IMG/VR virus record: IMGVR_UViG_3300046028_008994 | Direction: 5' to 3' (one strand) | Length of the DNA: 64,000 nt | Source of the DNA: a virus | Notes under the pieces: model-generated | Databases searched by the model: none | Told to the model about the DNA's origin: nothing | What the model saw: the letters and a program-made list of their open reading frames with translations, nothing else | Made by a program: the position numbers and the translations under genes | Shown here: positions 44,400-53,904 of the stretch, one piece after another | Layout of the letters: every line of letters starts with the position of its first letter | How positions within the stretch are numbered: the first letter of the stretch is position 1

Positions 44400-47069
44400 A
44401 TGAGTTTAAAACAAACAACATCCCCAATATACAAATTTATAACACACGTTGCAAGTAATTTATATCCATTACTTGAATATGCAGAAAATGTAATATTAAA
44501 ATACATTGAAAAATTTAAAGAAGAAGCAGATGACTTAAATATAACAATATCAGATAATCAACTGAGAAAATACATTGAGCGTTTTGATCAAATAAAAAAT
44601 TCACCTAAAATTACTGATAAAGAATTACGTAATTACACTTTATCTCAATTAATAAAATTAATAACATCTTCTGAAGGTGTTAATAGTGGAGATGATGAGA
44701 TAGAAAACACACCAGATGTTGTTTATAATGAAGGTGGTAAAACTATATATAATGGTTCTAAAGAAGGTAATTGCCTACTGTATGGTAGGGGTGAAAGATG
44801 GTGTATTACTAGAGGATCATATGGTAATTATAGATATAGTAGAGATAGAGGATATCCAACATTTTATTTAGCTAAAAATGAAAATTTACCTAGCTCTAAT
44901 AAATTAAGTTTTGTTGCTATACAAGTTAGAGATACACCTCAGGAAACTAATAGATATGTTTATACTAATAGAGATAATAGTCCAAATGAATCATCACCTA
45001 TGGATTTTAGTAAACTAATGAGTGAAATTCCTTGGTTAGCAGATATTCCAAATATTAAAAATATATTAAAATACATTCCTTTAAAATCATCAGAAAAATT
45101 AAATCAACTATATAAAGACAACCCAATAAATATAAGAGAATGGCTAAAATTAGAATTTTCAGCTAAAAAACAATATCTTGTTGTTAGAAAAGGTAAAGAA
45201 ATGTTTGATGATGTTTCTAATAATGAGTTTATTTCTAAATACTTACCTAAATTTCCACAATTAGCTAATTTTATTGCTATTACTCCTGGTATTTTTGATA
45301 GTGATGAATTATTAAAAAATTTAGATAGCTTTTCAAGTAATGATAGAAGATCAGTTACTGCAAATTTACAAAATTCTATAAGTTTAAATTATTTACCAAA
45401 AGATTTTTTCTCATTTGATGTTAAAAAATTAATAACTACTTTAAAGAAATGGGATATTAATGGTGATCAAAGAATATATATTACTGAAGATGGTAGTACA
45501 ATTGTATTATTAACTTTAGGTGAAAATATTAGAATGGGTTTATATCAAGCAGATGATGATTATCCTAATGTTAAATTAAATAAAAGAACATCCAAATACT
45601 TATTAGAATACCCTGAATTAGATAAAATCCCCTTTCAGAACTTAATAGATTTAGCATCTGAAGGTGTTGTTGATAAAAGTGTATTAGGTGCTGTTTTAGA
45701 ACAAGCAAAAACAAATCCAAATTCGTCAATTGTTGTTAAAGAAATAGATGGTAAACAAATCTTAATAGATGCAAATTCATTTCTTTCTTATAAAATAGAA
45801 GGAGATACAATAACTAGAGTTCCATTTAATGACGAAGATGTACAAACAGCATTTGCACAAGAAGAAAATAATAAAGGATTTCAAGAATCAGCATTAAATA
45901 TATTTAAAAATGAAGAAGATATTCCAGGAACTATAAATAAGGAAGGTTTAGCATCAATTGTTAATGCAACACCATACAATGAAAGAACATTCACAACAGA
46001 AGAGACTAATGGCCCGGCTGTATTATTAACAATACCAGGTGATGAAGCCCCAAATTTCTTTACAATTAATACAAATGGTGGAACTAACTCTTATTTAATA
46101 ATGCCAACTGTGTATATTGGTAGTAATAATAATTGGAGACTTTTTAATAGAAATAGAAAGGCTGTTAGTAACTCTGAGCAAATACAAGCTATTATTAATT
46201 ACTTAAGAGGATCAGGTAAAACACTAAATGATGAATCATTATTAAATACTTTAAGAGCATCACAATATTATGAACCTGAAGTAGATATTGTTAAACAATT
46301 TGTACGATTAAACCCACCACTAGCAGCTGAAAATAGATACAGACCAGTAATATTTAATGATACATTACTTATTATTAATACTGCTAATCCAAGAGAAAGT
46401 TTACAACTTTCAGATAGAAGTGGTAAATTAGTTAAAGCTAATATATCACCTGCTCAAGCATCACGATTAATAGGTACTACGGCACCAGCAGCACAAGGGG
46501 CAGGTGAACGAGTAGCCACTCCAGTAGCAGGTACTGGTAGAAGAGGCAGACCAGCAGGCGTACCTAATGCTCCTGTAGCTCCAGCAGCAAACGTCCCAGC
46601 AGGTCAAGGTGAATCTGTAGCAGGAATTATGGCAAACTATGAATTAGGAAATGGATTTACTCAATTACCGGGTCGTTCATTTACTAGATTAAATACAAAC
46701 ACAGGAGTTGGACAACAAATAACTAATAATAGAGGTGCTACTCGTCGTAATAATTTATTAGGAAATAATGGTCGTGTAGTAAGAAACATTTCAGTAGGCC
46801 CAAGTGATATTTATATAATTAGATTAGCCAATGGTTCAAATGTAGCATCAGTTGTAGTACAACCAGGTAACTTACATTACTTAATTACTTCAACAAATGC
46901 TATCTCTTTAAATTCACCCGCTGAATTATTAAATGCTTTACAACAAAGAAATTTAGCAGAAGCAAGAGGATACATAATGAATGAATATTTAGAACGGAAT
47001 CCACAACATAAAAACGAATTTAAAGAATTAATTAAAAAAACCATAACCGAAAAACAAACCAACAAATAA
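44400..47069 (+). CDS. Large hypothetical protein (889 aa) with WCIT motif and AT-hook-like GRRGRP
   Basis: YGRGERWCIT; TGRRGRPAG. Confidence 0.75.
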   Translation: MSLKQTTSPIYKFITHVASNLYPLLEYAENVILKYIEKFKEEADDLNITISDNQLRKYIERFDQIKNSPKITDKELRNYTLSQLIKLITSSEGVNSGDDEIENTPDVVYNEGGKTIYNGSKEGNCLLYGRGERWCITRGSYGNYRYSRDRGYPTFYLAKNENLPSSNKLSFVAIQVRDTPQETNRYVYTNRDNSPNESSPMDFSKLMSEIPWLADIPNIKNILKYIPLKSSEKLNQLYKDNPINIREWLKLEFSAKKQYLVVRKGKEMFDDVSNNEFISKYLPKFPQLANFIAITPGIFDSDELLKNLDSFSSNDRRSVTANLQNSISLNYLPKDFFSFDVKKLITTLKKWDINGDQRIYITEDGSTIVLLTLGENIRMGLYQADDDYPNVKLNKRTSKYLLEYPELDKIPFQNLIDLASEGVVDKSVLGAVLEQAKTNPNSSIVVKEIDGKQILIDANSFLSYKIEGDTITRVPFNDEDVQTAFAQEENNKGFQESALNIFKNEEDIPGTINKEGLASIVNATPYNERTFTTEETNGPAVLLTIPGDEAPNFFTINTNGGTNSYLIMPTVYIGSNNNWRLFNRNRKAVSNSEQIQAIINYLRGSGKTLNDESLLNTLRASQYYEPEVDIVKQFVRLNPPLAAENRYRPVIFNDTLLIINTANPRESLQLSDRSGKLVKANISPAQASRLIGTTAPAAQGAGERVATPVAGTGRRGRPAGVPNAPVAPAANVPAGQGESVAGIMANYELGNGFTQLPGRSFTRLNTNTGVGQQITNNRGATRRNNLLGNNGRVVRNISVGPSDIYIIRLANGSNVASVVVQPGNLHYLITSTNAISLNSPAELLNALQQRNLAEARGYIMNEYLERNPQHKNEFKELIKKTITEKQTNK

Positions 47070-47070
47070 T

Positions 47071-47517
47071 ATGAAAATTAAAGATTTAAGACAAATAATT
47101 AGAGAAGAAATCAAAAGTGTGTTGAGTGAAAATCAACCTGCTCCTGCTAAACCACGTGAAACCCCTGGTAGAGAAGTAGCTGAACCGGGAACTAAACCAG
47201 GTAAAGAGGAAAAACGTAGAAAATTAGGTAATCCTAATGTTAAACCAGCTCCTAAAGCTAAAGCTACACTTAAAGAAGCAGATATTATATCTAAAATTAC
47301 AAAAAGATTTAAAAGTAAACAAATGGATGAGCTTTTAACTTTGGGTGATGATAATGATTCCAAAAAATCAGATTCAAAAGCAAAACCTTTATATACTGAT
47401 AAAGAAATAGAGGCAATGACTCCACAACAAGCAAAAGCAGCCATTAATAAAGGAATATGGAATGTCCCAGCTAATTCAAATGTACTTAAAAAATTAAGAG
47501 AAAAATCAAAACAATAA
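47071..47517 (+). CDS. Low-complexity protein with MKIKDLRQIIREEI leader
   Basis: P/K-rich sequence after VLSE. Confidence 0.65.
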   Translation: MKIKDLRQIIREEIKSVLSENQPAPAKPRETPGREVAEPGTKPGKEEKRRKLGNPNVKPAPKAKATLKEADIISKITKRFKSKQMDELLTLGDDNDSKKSDSKAKPLYTDKEIEAMTPQQAKAAINKGIWNVPANSNVLKKLREKSKQ

Positions 47518-49235
47518 TGATTAATTTACTAGAAGCAGAATACGAAGATATTTTTCGTCCTGAAACAATGGCAGCCTTAAAAGGCAAATCAGGTGAATCA
47601 TTAAGACAAATGCTTGGAAACAAGGAATTAATGCAAACCCTTATAAGATCTAAAGAAGTATTAAATGACATAATAGCAGCAGAAAAAGGATATCATGATT
47701 TACTAGAAGGAATAGCAATAGAAATGGTAACTCAAGCTTATCCAATTATTGATTATGCTAATATTAAAATAGATGCTAAAATAGGAGGAGATATAGGTAG
47801 TGGAGAACCATCAGATGATGAACCTTCACTAGAAATTCCAGCAGAAGCCGAAAAAGCAAGACGTCGTATTATTAATGGTATTACTCAAGGTGCATCAATT
47901 AGAGGAGCATTTGCTTTTTATTTATTTAGAGAATATCTTGATATGATGGATGATACTTTAGTAGATAGATATAATGAAATATTAAAATTAGTATTTGGTA
48001 TATATGATGATGAAAATGCTATTGCTATGATGTTAGCTGCTTTAGCACAAGGTCAAAAAATGCAAGGTGGTGAAAGTGAAGTTGAATATGATGAAGAAAA
48101 TGAGCAATTTGTTATTAAAGCACGTGCACTTTGTTTTCCAATGTTAGTACATGAAATTGTAAAAGGATTGTATGAAATAGTAGGAACTGAAGGATTTGGA
48201 ACTGATAAAGAAAAAAATAAAGCTATTGTTGGTGCTGTAGATAAAGTATCAAATGAGCCTAACGATTTTCGATTCGGAAAATTCATATATGACGCGATAA
48301 CAAAGTTATATAATGAGAGTAACTTAGATGACAATAGAATACGTGAATTATTTTTTGCATCGCTATATAAACTAGGAGATGATGAATTTTTTCCATTTGT
48401 AGAAAATGCTGTTAATGATCAATTAACACCTGAACAAAAAAGATGGGCATTGGGTGAAATGAAAGATATTGAAAAAGATCTTAAAAAAGATGATACTGGT
48501 TTAAGTGGATTAGATGAAGGACAAATAGATGAAATAAAAGGAAAAAACATTGCTGTAGGTGATATTTTTACATTATCTGCTGATTTGGGTAAATTTAAAA
48601 ACGGAAATAAAGTTAGAGTATCATCAAAAACCCCATCCGGTGGTGATATTAAATTAATATTATCTAGTATTGATGGTAAAATTAAAGACATATTTTTCTT
48701 AGATAAAAATGATGAATTTGAAGGTCTAGATGAAAATGAAAATAATGAACTTGAAGGATCTAATGAACCGGCTCCAACCCCATCAACCCCACCAGGTGAA
48801 ATTAGTGCTGAAGAAGCTAAACGTTTAATAAAAGATACAAACGGTAAAATTTTCACAGCAACATTTAATAAAAAGGATGGTACTGAAAGAGTAATGAATG
48901 CTCGTTTAGGTGTAAAAAAATATTTAAAAGGAGGAACATTAGCTTATGACGCTGAATCTAAAGGTTTAATTCCTGTTTATGATATGCAATATAAAGAAAA
49001 TCCAGAAAAAGCATATAGAACAATTAATGTTAATACACTTACTAAATTAAAAATAGGAAAAAATATATATACAGTAACATCTTCAGTAACAGAAAATACT
49101 ATCGTTGAAGGTAAAGCAAAAGAACTATTTGATGAAATACTTGAATTAATAAGAAAACGTACTCGTGAGATGAATGATGATGACGCTTTTGAATTTCATG
49201 AAAAATTAAAAACTTGGATTAATAAGTTAATATAA
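47517..49235 (+). CDS. Multi-module protein with a WYL_2-like SH3 domain near the C-terminus
   Basis: RRIINGITQGA, FPMLVHEIVKG; the module at about 48800-49075 closely resembles ORF 2214. Confidence 0.75.
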   Translation: MINLLEAEYEDIFRPETMAALKGKSGESLRQMLGNKELMQTLIRSKEVLNDIIAAEKGYHDLLEGIAIEMVTQAYPIIDYANIKIDAKIGGDIGSGEPSDDEPSLEIPAEAEKARRRIINGITQGASIRGAFAFYLFREYLDMMDDTLVDRYNEILKLVFGIYDDENAIAMMLAALAQGQKMQGGESEVEYDEENEQFVIKARALCFPMLVHEIVKGLYEIVGTEGFGTDKEKNKAIVGAVDKVSNEPNDFRFGKFIYDAITKLYNESNLDDNRIRELFFASLYKLGDDEFFPFVENAVNDQLTPEQKRWALGEMKDIEKDLKKDDTGLSGLDEGQIDEIKGKNIAVGDIFTLSADLGKFKNGNKVRVSSKTPSGGDIKLILSSIDGKIKDIFFLDKNDEFEGLDENENNELEGSNEPAPTPSTPPGEISAEEAKRLIKDTNGKIFTATFNKKDGTERVMNARLGVKKYLKGGTLAYDAESKGLIPVYDMQYKENPEKAYRTINVNTLTKLKIGKNIYTVTSSVTENTIVEGKAKELFDEILELIRKRTREMNDDDAFEFHEKLKTWINKLI

Positions 49236-49239
49236 TAAA

Positions 49240-50049
49240 ATGATTAGTTTAGTTGAAATTTTAAAGGAATTAGGACAGCGTAAGCATTACACTGAAAGAA
49301 AATTTCAACGAACAAATATATCTAGAATAAAAATCCCTGATGAAGCTTATGGTGGTTATGATGTCAAAGAAACTAACATTAAATTAATAAGTATTTTAAA
49401 AAAAGAAATACTTGATAGATTGAATAATCTAGAAAAAATAAATATAGTATCGTCCTTTAAATATTATGTTGGATATAGAGTATTTAAACCAATATTAATT
49501 AGTAATGGTAAAAAATATCCTATTGTTATGTATGTAGATTATCAAGAAAAAAATAAAGAAAGAAAAAAATACGGAGATTTATATTATGCTGTAGTAAATA
49601 AAGATGAACTTATTACCTTAATTTTAAGTAGTGATATTAGTAATACTGAATTAGAACATAGAATAGCACATAATCTTGAAATAGAACAAGAAATTCGTAA
49701 TGCTAATGTTAAAATTATAGAATCATCAAATTATGATTATATTATAGATCTTGATAAATTATATGGAAAAAGTCAACAAGTAAATAAAACACCGTCAAAA
49801 GACTCAGTAGAATACAAAGTTAATATGGCTTATAGAAAAGATACTAGTTTTAATCATAAAATTTATGGAGAAGGAGTAGTAGTAGATACATCAAATGGAA
49901 AAGCGGGAATGGGAGATGCTAGAGGAAAATTAGATTGGGTAGATGTAGATTTTAAAAACTCAAAACCAGTACTTAAAGGAGGAAAATTAACAACAATAAA
50001 AAGAATATCTCCAGTATATACTAAAAAATATTTTGATAATCTCCAATAA
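49240..50049 (+). CDS. Hypothetical protein with MISLVEILKE leader and C-terminal SH3/Tudor-like segment
   Basis: FNHKIYGEGVVV. Confidence 0.65.
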   Translation: MISLVEILKELGQRKHYTERKFQRTNISRIKIPDEAYGGYDVKETNIKLISILKKEILDRLNNLEKINIVSSFKYYVGYRVFKPILISNGKKYPIVMYVDYQEKNKERKKYGDLYYAVVNKDELITLILSSDISNTELEHRIAHNLEIEQEIRNANVKIIESSNYDYIIDLDKLYGKSQQVNKTPSKDSVEYKVNMAYRKDTSFNHKIYGEGVVVDTSNGKAGMGDARGKLDWVDVDFKNSKPVLKGGKLTTIKRISPVYTKKYFDNLQ

Positions 50050-50123
50050 ACTAAACATATTTATAATTAAATAAACTACAGAACAGATTTATAGCCTGTT
50101 CGATTAAACAAAAATTTTAAGAG

Positions 50124-50170
50124 AGCTGTAACCTCAATTTTGGGTTACAGTTTTTTTTTCGTATATTAAT
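50124..50170 (+). terminator. Intrinsic terminator overlapping a promoter
   Basis: AGCTGTAACCTCA-ATTT-TGGGTTACAGTT plus T-tract; TTTG 50139, N19, TATATTAAT 50162. Confidence 0.7.
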
Positions 50171-50177
50171 ATAAAGT

Positions 50178-51518
50178 ATGGATAAAAAAATAGTAATTAT
50201 AGGAGCCGGTGTAGCAGGTATTAATGCTGCTACTAAATTAGTAGATAATGGTTATCCTGGAGAGTTAATCACAATTATCGATAAAGGTAATGACCCACAT
50301 AACCGCTTACCTGAAGAGGTAATGACAGGTATGTTAGGAGCTGGAGGATGGTCAGATGGTAAATTAACTTACCACACAGAAATCGGAGGTCAATTAGCAA
50401 AATATTGTGGTGAGGAAAAAGCTATGGAATTGATGGATCAAGTTATTAGTAACTTTAGACGTTTCCACCCAAAACCAGAAGAAATATTTATGTCAGATCC
50501 ACAAACAGAACCTGATTTTATTAAACCATATTTTGGTTTAAGAATGTTTCCTGTATGGCATATAGGTTCAAATTATTTACATGAAATTGCTAAAGCATGG
50601 TATCAATATTTAGTTGATAAAGGAGTAGATTTTCATTGGGGGACTGAAATAATTAAGATTGATTTTAATAATGATGATCCTCTATTTACTGGAGGAACAT
50701 GTTATGGTAAATGGATAAACGAAAAAGGAGAACATTTTGATACTCACCATTATGATACTTTAATATTTGCAGTAGGCAAATCAGGTATTGATTTTGCTCA
50801 AAAATTAGCTAATGATTATAAATTACCTAATGAACCTAAATCAGTTCAAATTGGAGTACGTTTTGAAGCACCACAAAAATATTTTCAAAAATTAATTGAT
50901 ATAAGTTATGATTTTAAACTATATCAGAAGTTTGATAATGTATCTTTAAGATCATTCTGTACTAACAATAATGCAGCTTATGTAGCTGTTGAAGAAACAT
51001 ATGGTGATATTAGTTACAATGGTCATGCTAAAAAAGGTGAGGAATTTAGAAACGATATGACCAATTTTGGTATTTTAATGGAAATTAAAGGTATTGAAAA
51101 TCCGTTTGAATGGTCAAGAAAGGTAGTAGAATCATGTCAAGCCAATAAAACAGGATTATATTACTCACCTAATATGACTCGTAAACCAGGATTAACATCA
51201 GAAGGTACAACAGTATCAGCTTGGGAAATATCTGAACATTCACTAGATAATATTAGAAATGCTATGGGTGGTTATTTTGAACATATAGAAAAATTCATTG
51301 AAGATATGAATAAAATATTTGAATTTGGAGATGATTGGGGAATGTATATTCCTGAAGTAAAATACTTATCTCCTGAACCATTAGTAAATTACACAGATTT
51401 ATCATTAAATGAATATCCAAATGTACATTTTGTAGGTGATGCTTTATCAGCGCGCGGGATAACTGTTAGTGGTGCACATGGAATTTATGTAGCAGAAAGT
51501 TTGGTAAATAAAAATTAA
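50178..51518 (+). CDS. FAD-dependent oxidoreductase
   Basis: IVIIGAGVAG, GAGGWSDGKL, IGVRFE, RSFCTN, NGH, FVGD...RGI. Confidence 0.85.
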   Translation: MDKKIVIIGAGVAGINAATKLVDNGYPGELITIIDKGNDPHNRLPEEVMTGMLGAGGWSDGKLTYHTEIGGQLAKYCGEEKAMELMDQVISNFRRFHPKPEEIFMSDPQTEPDFIKPYFGLRMFPVWHIGSNYLHEIAKAWYQYLVDKGVDFHWGTEIIKIDFNNDDPLFTGGTCYGKWINEKGEHFDTHHYDTLIFAVGKSGIDFAQKLANDYKLPNEPKSVQIGVRFEAPQKYFQKLIDISYDFKLYQKFDNVSLRSFCTNNNAAYVAVEETYGDISYNGHAKKGEEFRNDMTNFGILMEIKGIENPFEWSRKVVESCQANKTGLYYSPNMTRKPGLTSEGTTVSAWEISEHSLDNIRNAMGGYFEHIEKFIEDMNKIFEFGDDWGMYIPEVKYLSPEPLVNYTDLSLNEYPNVHFVGDALSARGITVSGAHGIYVAESLVNKN

Positions 51519-51535
51519 TTTCGTATATTATAATT

Positions 51536-51595
51536 ATGAGTAAAAAGTTTGAAGCAAGTAAATTTTACAACTGGGAAGATTTTTATATTTTATAA
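51536..51595 (+). pseudogene. Truncated remnant related to ORF 52259
   Basis: MSKKFEASKFYNWEDFYIL*; own promoter (TTTG 51500, TATATTATA 51524); shares CTGGGAAG and (N/S)WE with 52259. Confidence 0.4.
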
Positions 51596-51617
51596 TATTT
51601 ATTAATAAATAAAATAT

Positions 51618-52295
51618 ATGAATTATAAAAAACATTATAATAATTTAATAGAAACTAGAAGAAATAGAGTTTTAGATTTAAATCAATATTATGAAAAACA
51701 CCATATAATACCAAAATGTATGGGTGGAACAAATGATAAAGAAAATATAATTAAATTAACAGCAAGAGAACATTTTATAGCTCATTGGTTGTTATATAAA
51801 GAATATAAAAATAAATCATTAGCTGCTGCCTTTTGGAGAATGTGTTTTAATGGTAATAAAAATATGAGAAGATATATACCATCATCTAGGACATATGAAG
51901 AAGCTAGATTAAATTATATAAAAGAATATAAAGGTAAACCTAAGCATACTGAGGAAAGTAAAAGAAATATAGGATTAAAAAATCAAAAACCTAAACCTAA
52001 AGAATATGGCATTAATTTGAGTAAATTAATGAAAGAAGGTTTAGCTGAAAAAATTGGAAAAAGTAACAAAGGTATAAGTAGGGGAAAAAATAGAAAAATA
52101 AGTTGGAATGTGGGTAGAAATAAATCTCTTTTTATACAATATGACATAGAAGGAAATATTATTAAAGAGTGGGATGGATTGGAAGAATTAAAAAAAGAAT
52201 TTAGTATATCATCTATATATAATTCATTTAAAAATAATAAAATATATAAAAAATCAATATGGAAAATAATAAGTGGAAACCTTCGAGAAAATTAA
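51618..52295 (+). CDS. HNH homing endonuclease with NUMOD-like C-terminus
   Basis: EKHHIIPKCMGG....NIIKLTAREHFIAH; HTEESKRNIG; IQYDIEGNIIKEW. Confidence 0.88.
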   Translation: MNYKKHYNNLIETRRNRVLDLNQYYEKHHIIPKCMGGTNDKENIIKLTAREHFIAHWLLYKEYKNKSLAAAFWRMCFNGNKNMRRYIPSSRTYEEARLNYIKEYKGKPKHTEESKRNIGLKNQKPKPKEYGINLSKLMKEGLAEKIGKSNKGISRGKNRKISWNVGRNKSLFIQYDIEGNIIKEWDGLEELKKEFSISSIYNSFKNNKIYKKSIWKIISGNLREN

Positions 52296-52510
52296 CTAAG
52301 GCTGATGGAACAATAGCATATATTTGGGAAAACTGTTTGCATAGCTGGGAAGGACCAGCTTTAATACCTGAGGGTGATAATCGTAAAAGAGAATATTATA
52401 TTCATGGTATAAAATATAGTGAAGATGCTTGGAAAGAAGCTCGTAAAAATAGACAGGGTCTTCCATGGTATAAACAATCAGCTAATAAAGGAGGAACAAA
52501 TAGGTTTTAA
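52259..52510 (+). CDS. Hypothetical protein (LHxxEGPA repeat type)
   Basis: LHSWEGPALI......EYYIHG. Confidence 0.7.
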   Translation: MENNKWKPSRKLTKADGTIAYIWENCLHSWEGPALIPEGDNRKREYYIHGIKYSEDAWKEARKNRQGLPWYKQSANKGGTNRF

Positions 52511-52511
52511 T

Positions 52512-53036
52512 ATGAAAATAGGATTATGTGGAACAGTAAGTGTAGGAAAAACTACACTTGTAAATGCGCTTAAGGAATTACCTGAATTTGCTGATTATGA
52601 AATAGCAACTGAGCGTTCAAAATATTTAAGAGATCAAGGTATTGCTTTAAATAGTGATTCAACTTTTAAAGGTCAATTAGTATTTGCTGCTGAACGTTCA
52701 TTAGAATTAATGAAAGAAAATATTATAACTGATAGAACAGTTTATGATGTTAGTGCTTTTACATTAAGTGCCAAATCTATTGAGTGGTGGATTAGAGAAA
52801 CATTTGTTCAATTAATAATGCAATTACATAAAGAATATGATGTTATAATTTATGTATCTCCTGAAGGTATTGAAATTGAAGATAATGGAGTTAGAACTAC
52901 TGACTCAGAATACAGAGATAAAATAGATAAAGTTATTAAGGAAATGTTAGTAGAATGGACTCCTGTTAAATTAATTGAGGTAAAAGGTACTACTGAAGAT
53001 AGAATAACAACCATTAAAGAGGCACTATTTTCATAA
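52512..53036 (+). CDS. P-loop kinase/ATPase (AAA_28, NMP-kinase-like)
   Basis: MKIGLCGTVSVGKTT, ITDRTVYD, EDNGVR; start moved to ATG 52512. Confidence 0.8.
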   Translation: MKIGLCGTVSVGKTTLVNALKELPEFADYEIATERSKYLRDQGIALNSDSTFKGQLVFAAERSLELMKENIITDRTVYDVSAFTLSAKSIEWWIRETFVQLIMQLHKEYDVIIYVSPEGIEIEDNGVRTTDSEYRDKIDKVIKEMLVEWTPVKLIEVKGTTEDRITTIKEALFS

Positions 53037-53041
53037 TATTT

Positions 53042-53284
53042 ATGGTCATGAAAAAATCTGACCTAAAACTAGAAATTAAAAAATATATTTCAGAAATATT
53101 ATCTGAAGACGTAAATGAGGCTATTGGTGCTGAAATTACAGGTAAAACAGGTAAGAAAACAGTAGCGTCTTTTTCAAATACAAAAGATATGACTGATTTT
53201 AAATCTAAAAACCCAAACATTGCTAGTGTAACACCATTAGAAGAAGATAAGTCTAAAATAATCAAAAAATTAAGAGGAGAATAA
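53042..53284 (+). CDS. Small protein with MKKSDLK..I...ISEILSE leader
   Basis: Late motif at 53037. Confidence 0.6.
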   Translation: MVMKKSDLKLEIKKYISEILSEDVNEAIGAEITGKTGKKTVASFSNTKDMTDFKSKNPNIASVTPLEEDKSKIIKKLRGE

Positions 53285-53285
53285 T

Positions 53286-53864
53286 ATGAAAATTAAAATC
53301 TCTTATATTATTATAGCCGCGTTAGTGGCTATAATTATTTTCATGACTAAATGTGGAGATGGTAAATTTATTCCAACAGGCAATTCTGATACTCAATATA
53401 TTGAGACATCAAAATGGGATACTCTTAGTATTCATGATACAATTACAAAACCAAAATGGAAGAAAATAACAATCCATACTCATGATACTTTAATAGATTC
53501 TATCCCATACCCAGTTTATGGTTATGTTACATTAACTGAAGACACAATCTCGGTTATAAATGATTCAACAAGATTATTTGTATTATATAAAATATACAGT
53601 CAAGATCCATTATATAAACTAGAAAAAAGTGTTAATTTAAGTGTTAAACGTAAAACAATAACTAGTATTATAACTAAAGAAATGGTTAGAAAAAATGCAT
53701 TATTTGTTGGACCATCAGTTGGTATAGGAAAAAATAGTGGTTTTATATCTTTAAATGGTTTATATGAACATAAAGGTAAAACAATATATGGTTTAGGGGT
53801 TGGAGTAACAAACCAAGTTCAACCAATTATTAAAGCTGGAATTTACTGGCAAATATTGAAGTAA
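53286..53864 (+). CDS. Membrane-anchored exported protein, spanin-like candidate
   Basis: N-terminal TM ending KCG; DT-rich stalk; amphipathic beta-strand C-terminus. Confidence 0.5.
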   Translation: MKIKISYIIIAALVAIIIFMTKCGDGKFIPTGNSDTQYIETSKWDTLSIHDTITKPKWKKITIHTHDTLIDSIPYPVYGYVTLTEDTISVINDSTRLFVLYKIYSQDPLYKLEKSVNLSVKRKTITSIITKEMVRKNALFVGPSVGIGKNSGFISLNGLYEHKGKTIYGLGVGVTNQVQPIIKAGIYWQILK

Positions 53865-53904
53865 AATTTCTTGTATATATTTATATTAGACAATAATATA
53901 ATAT

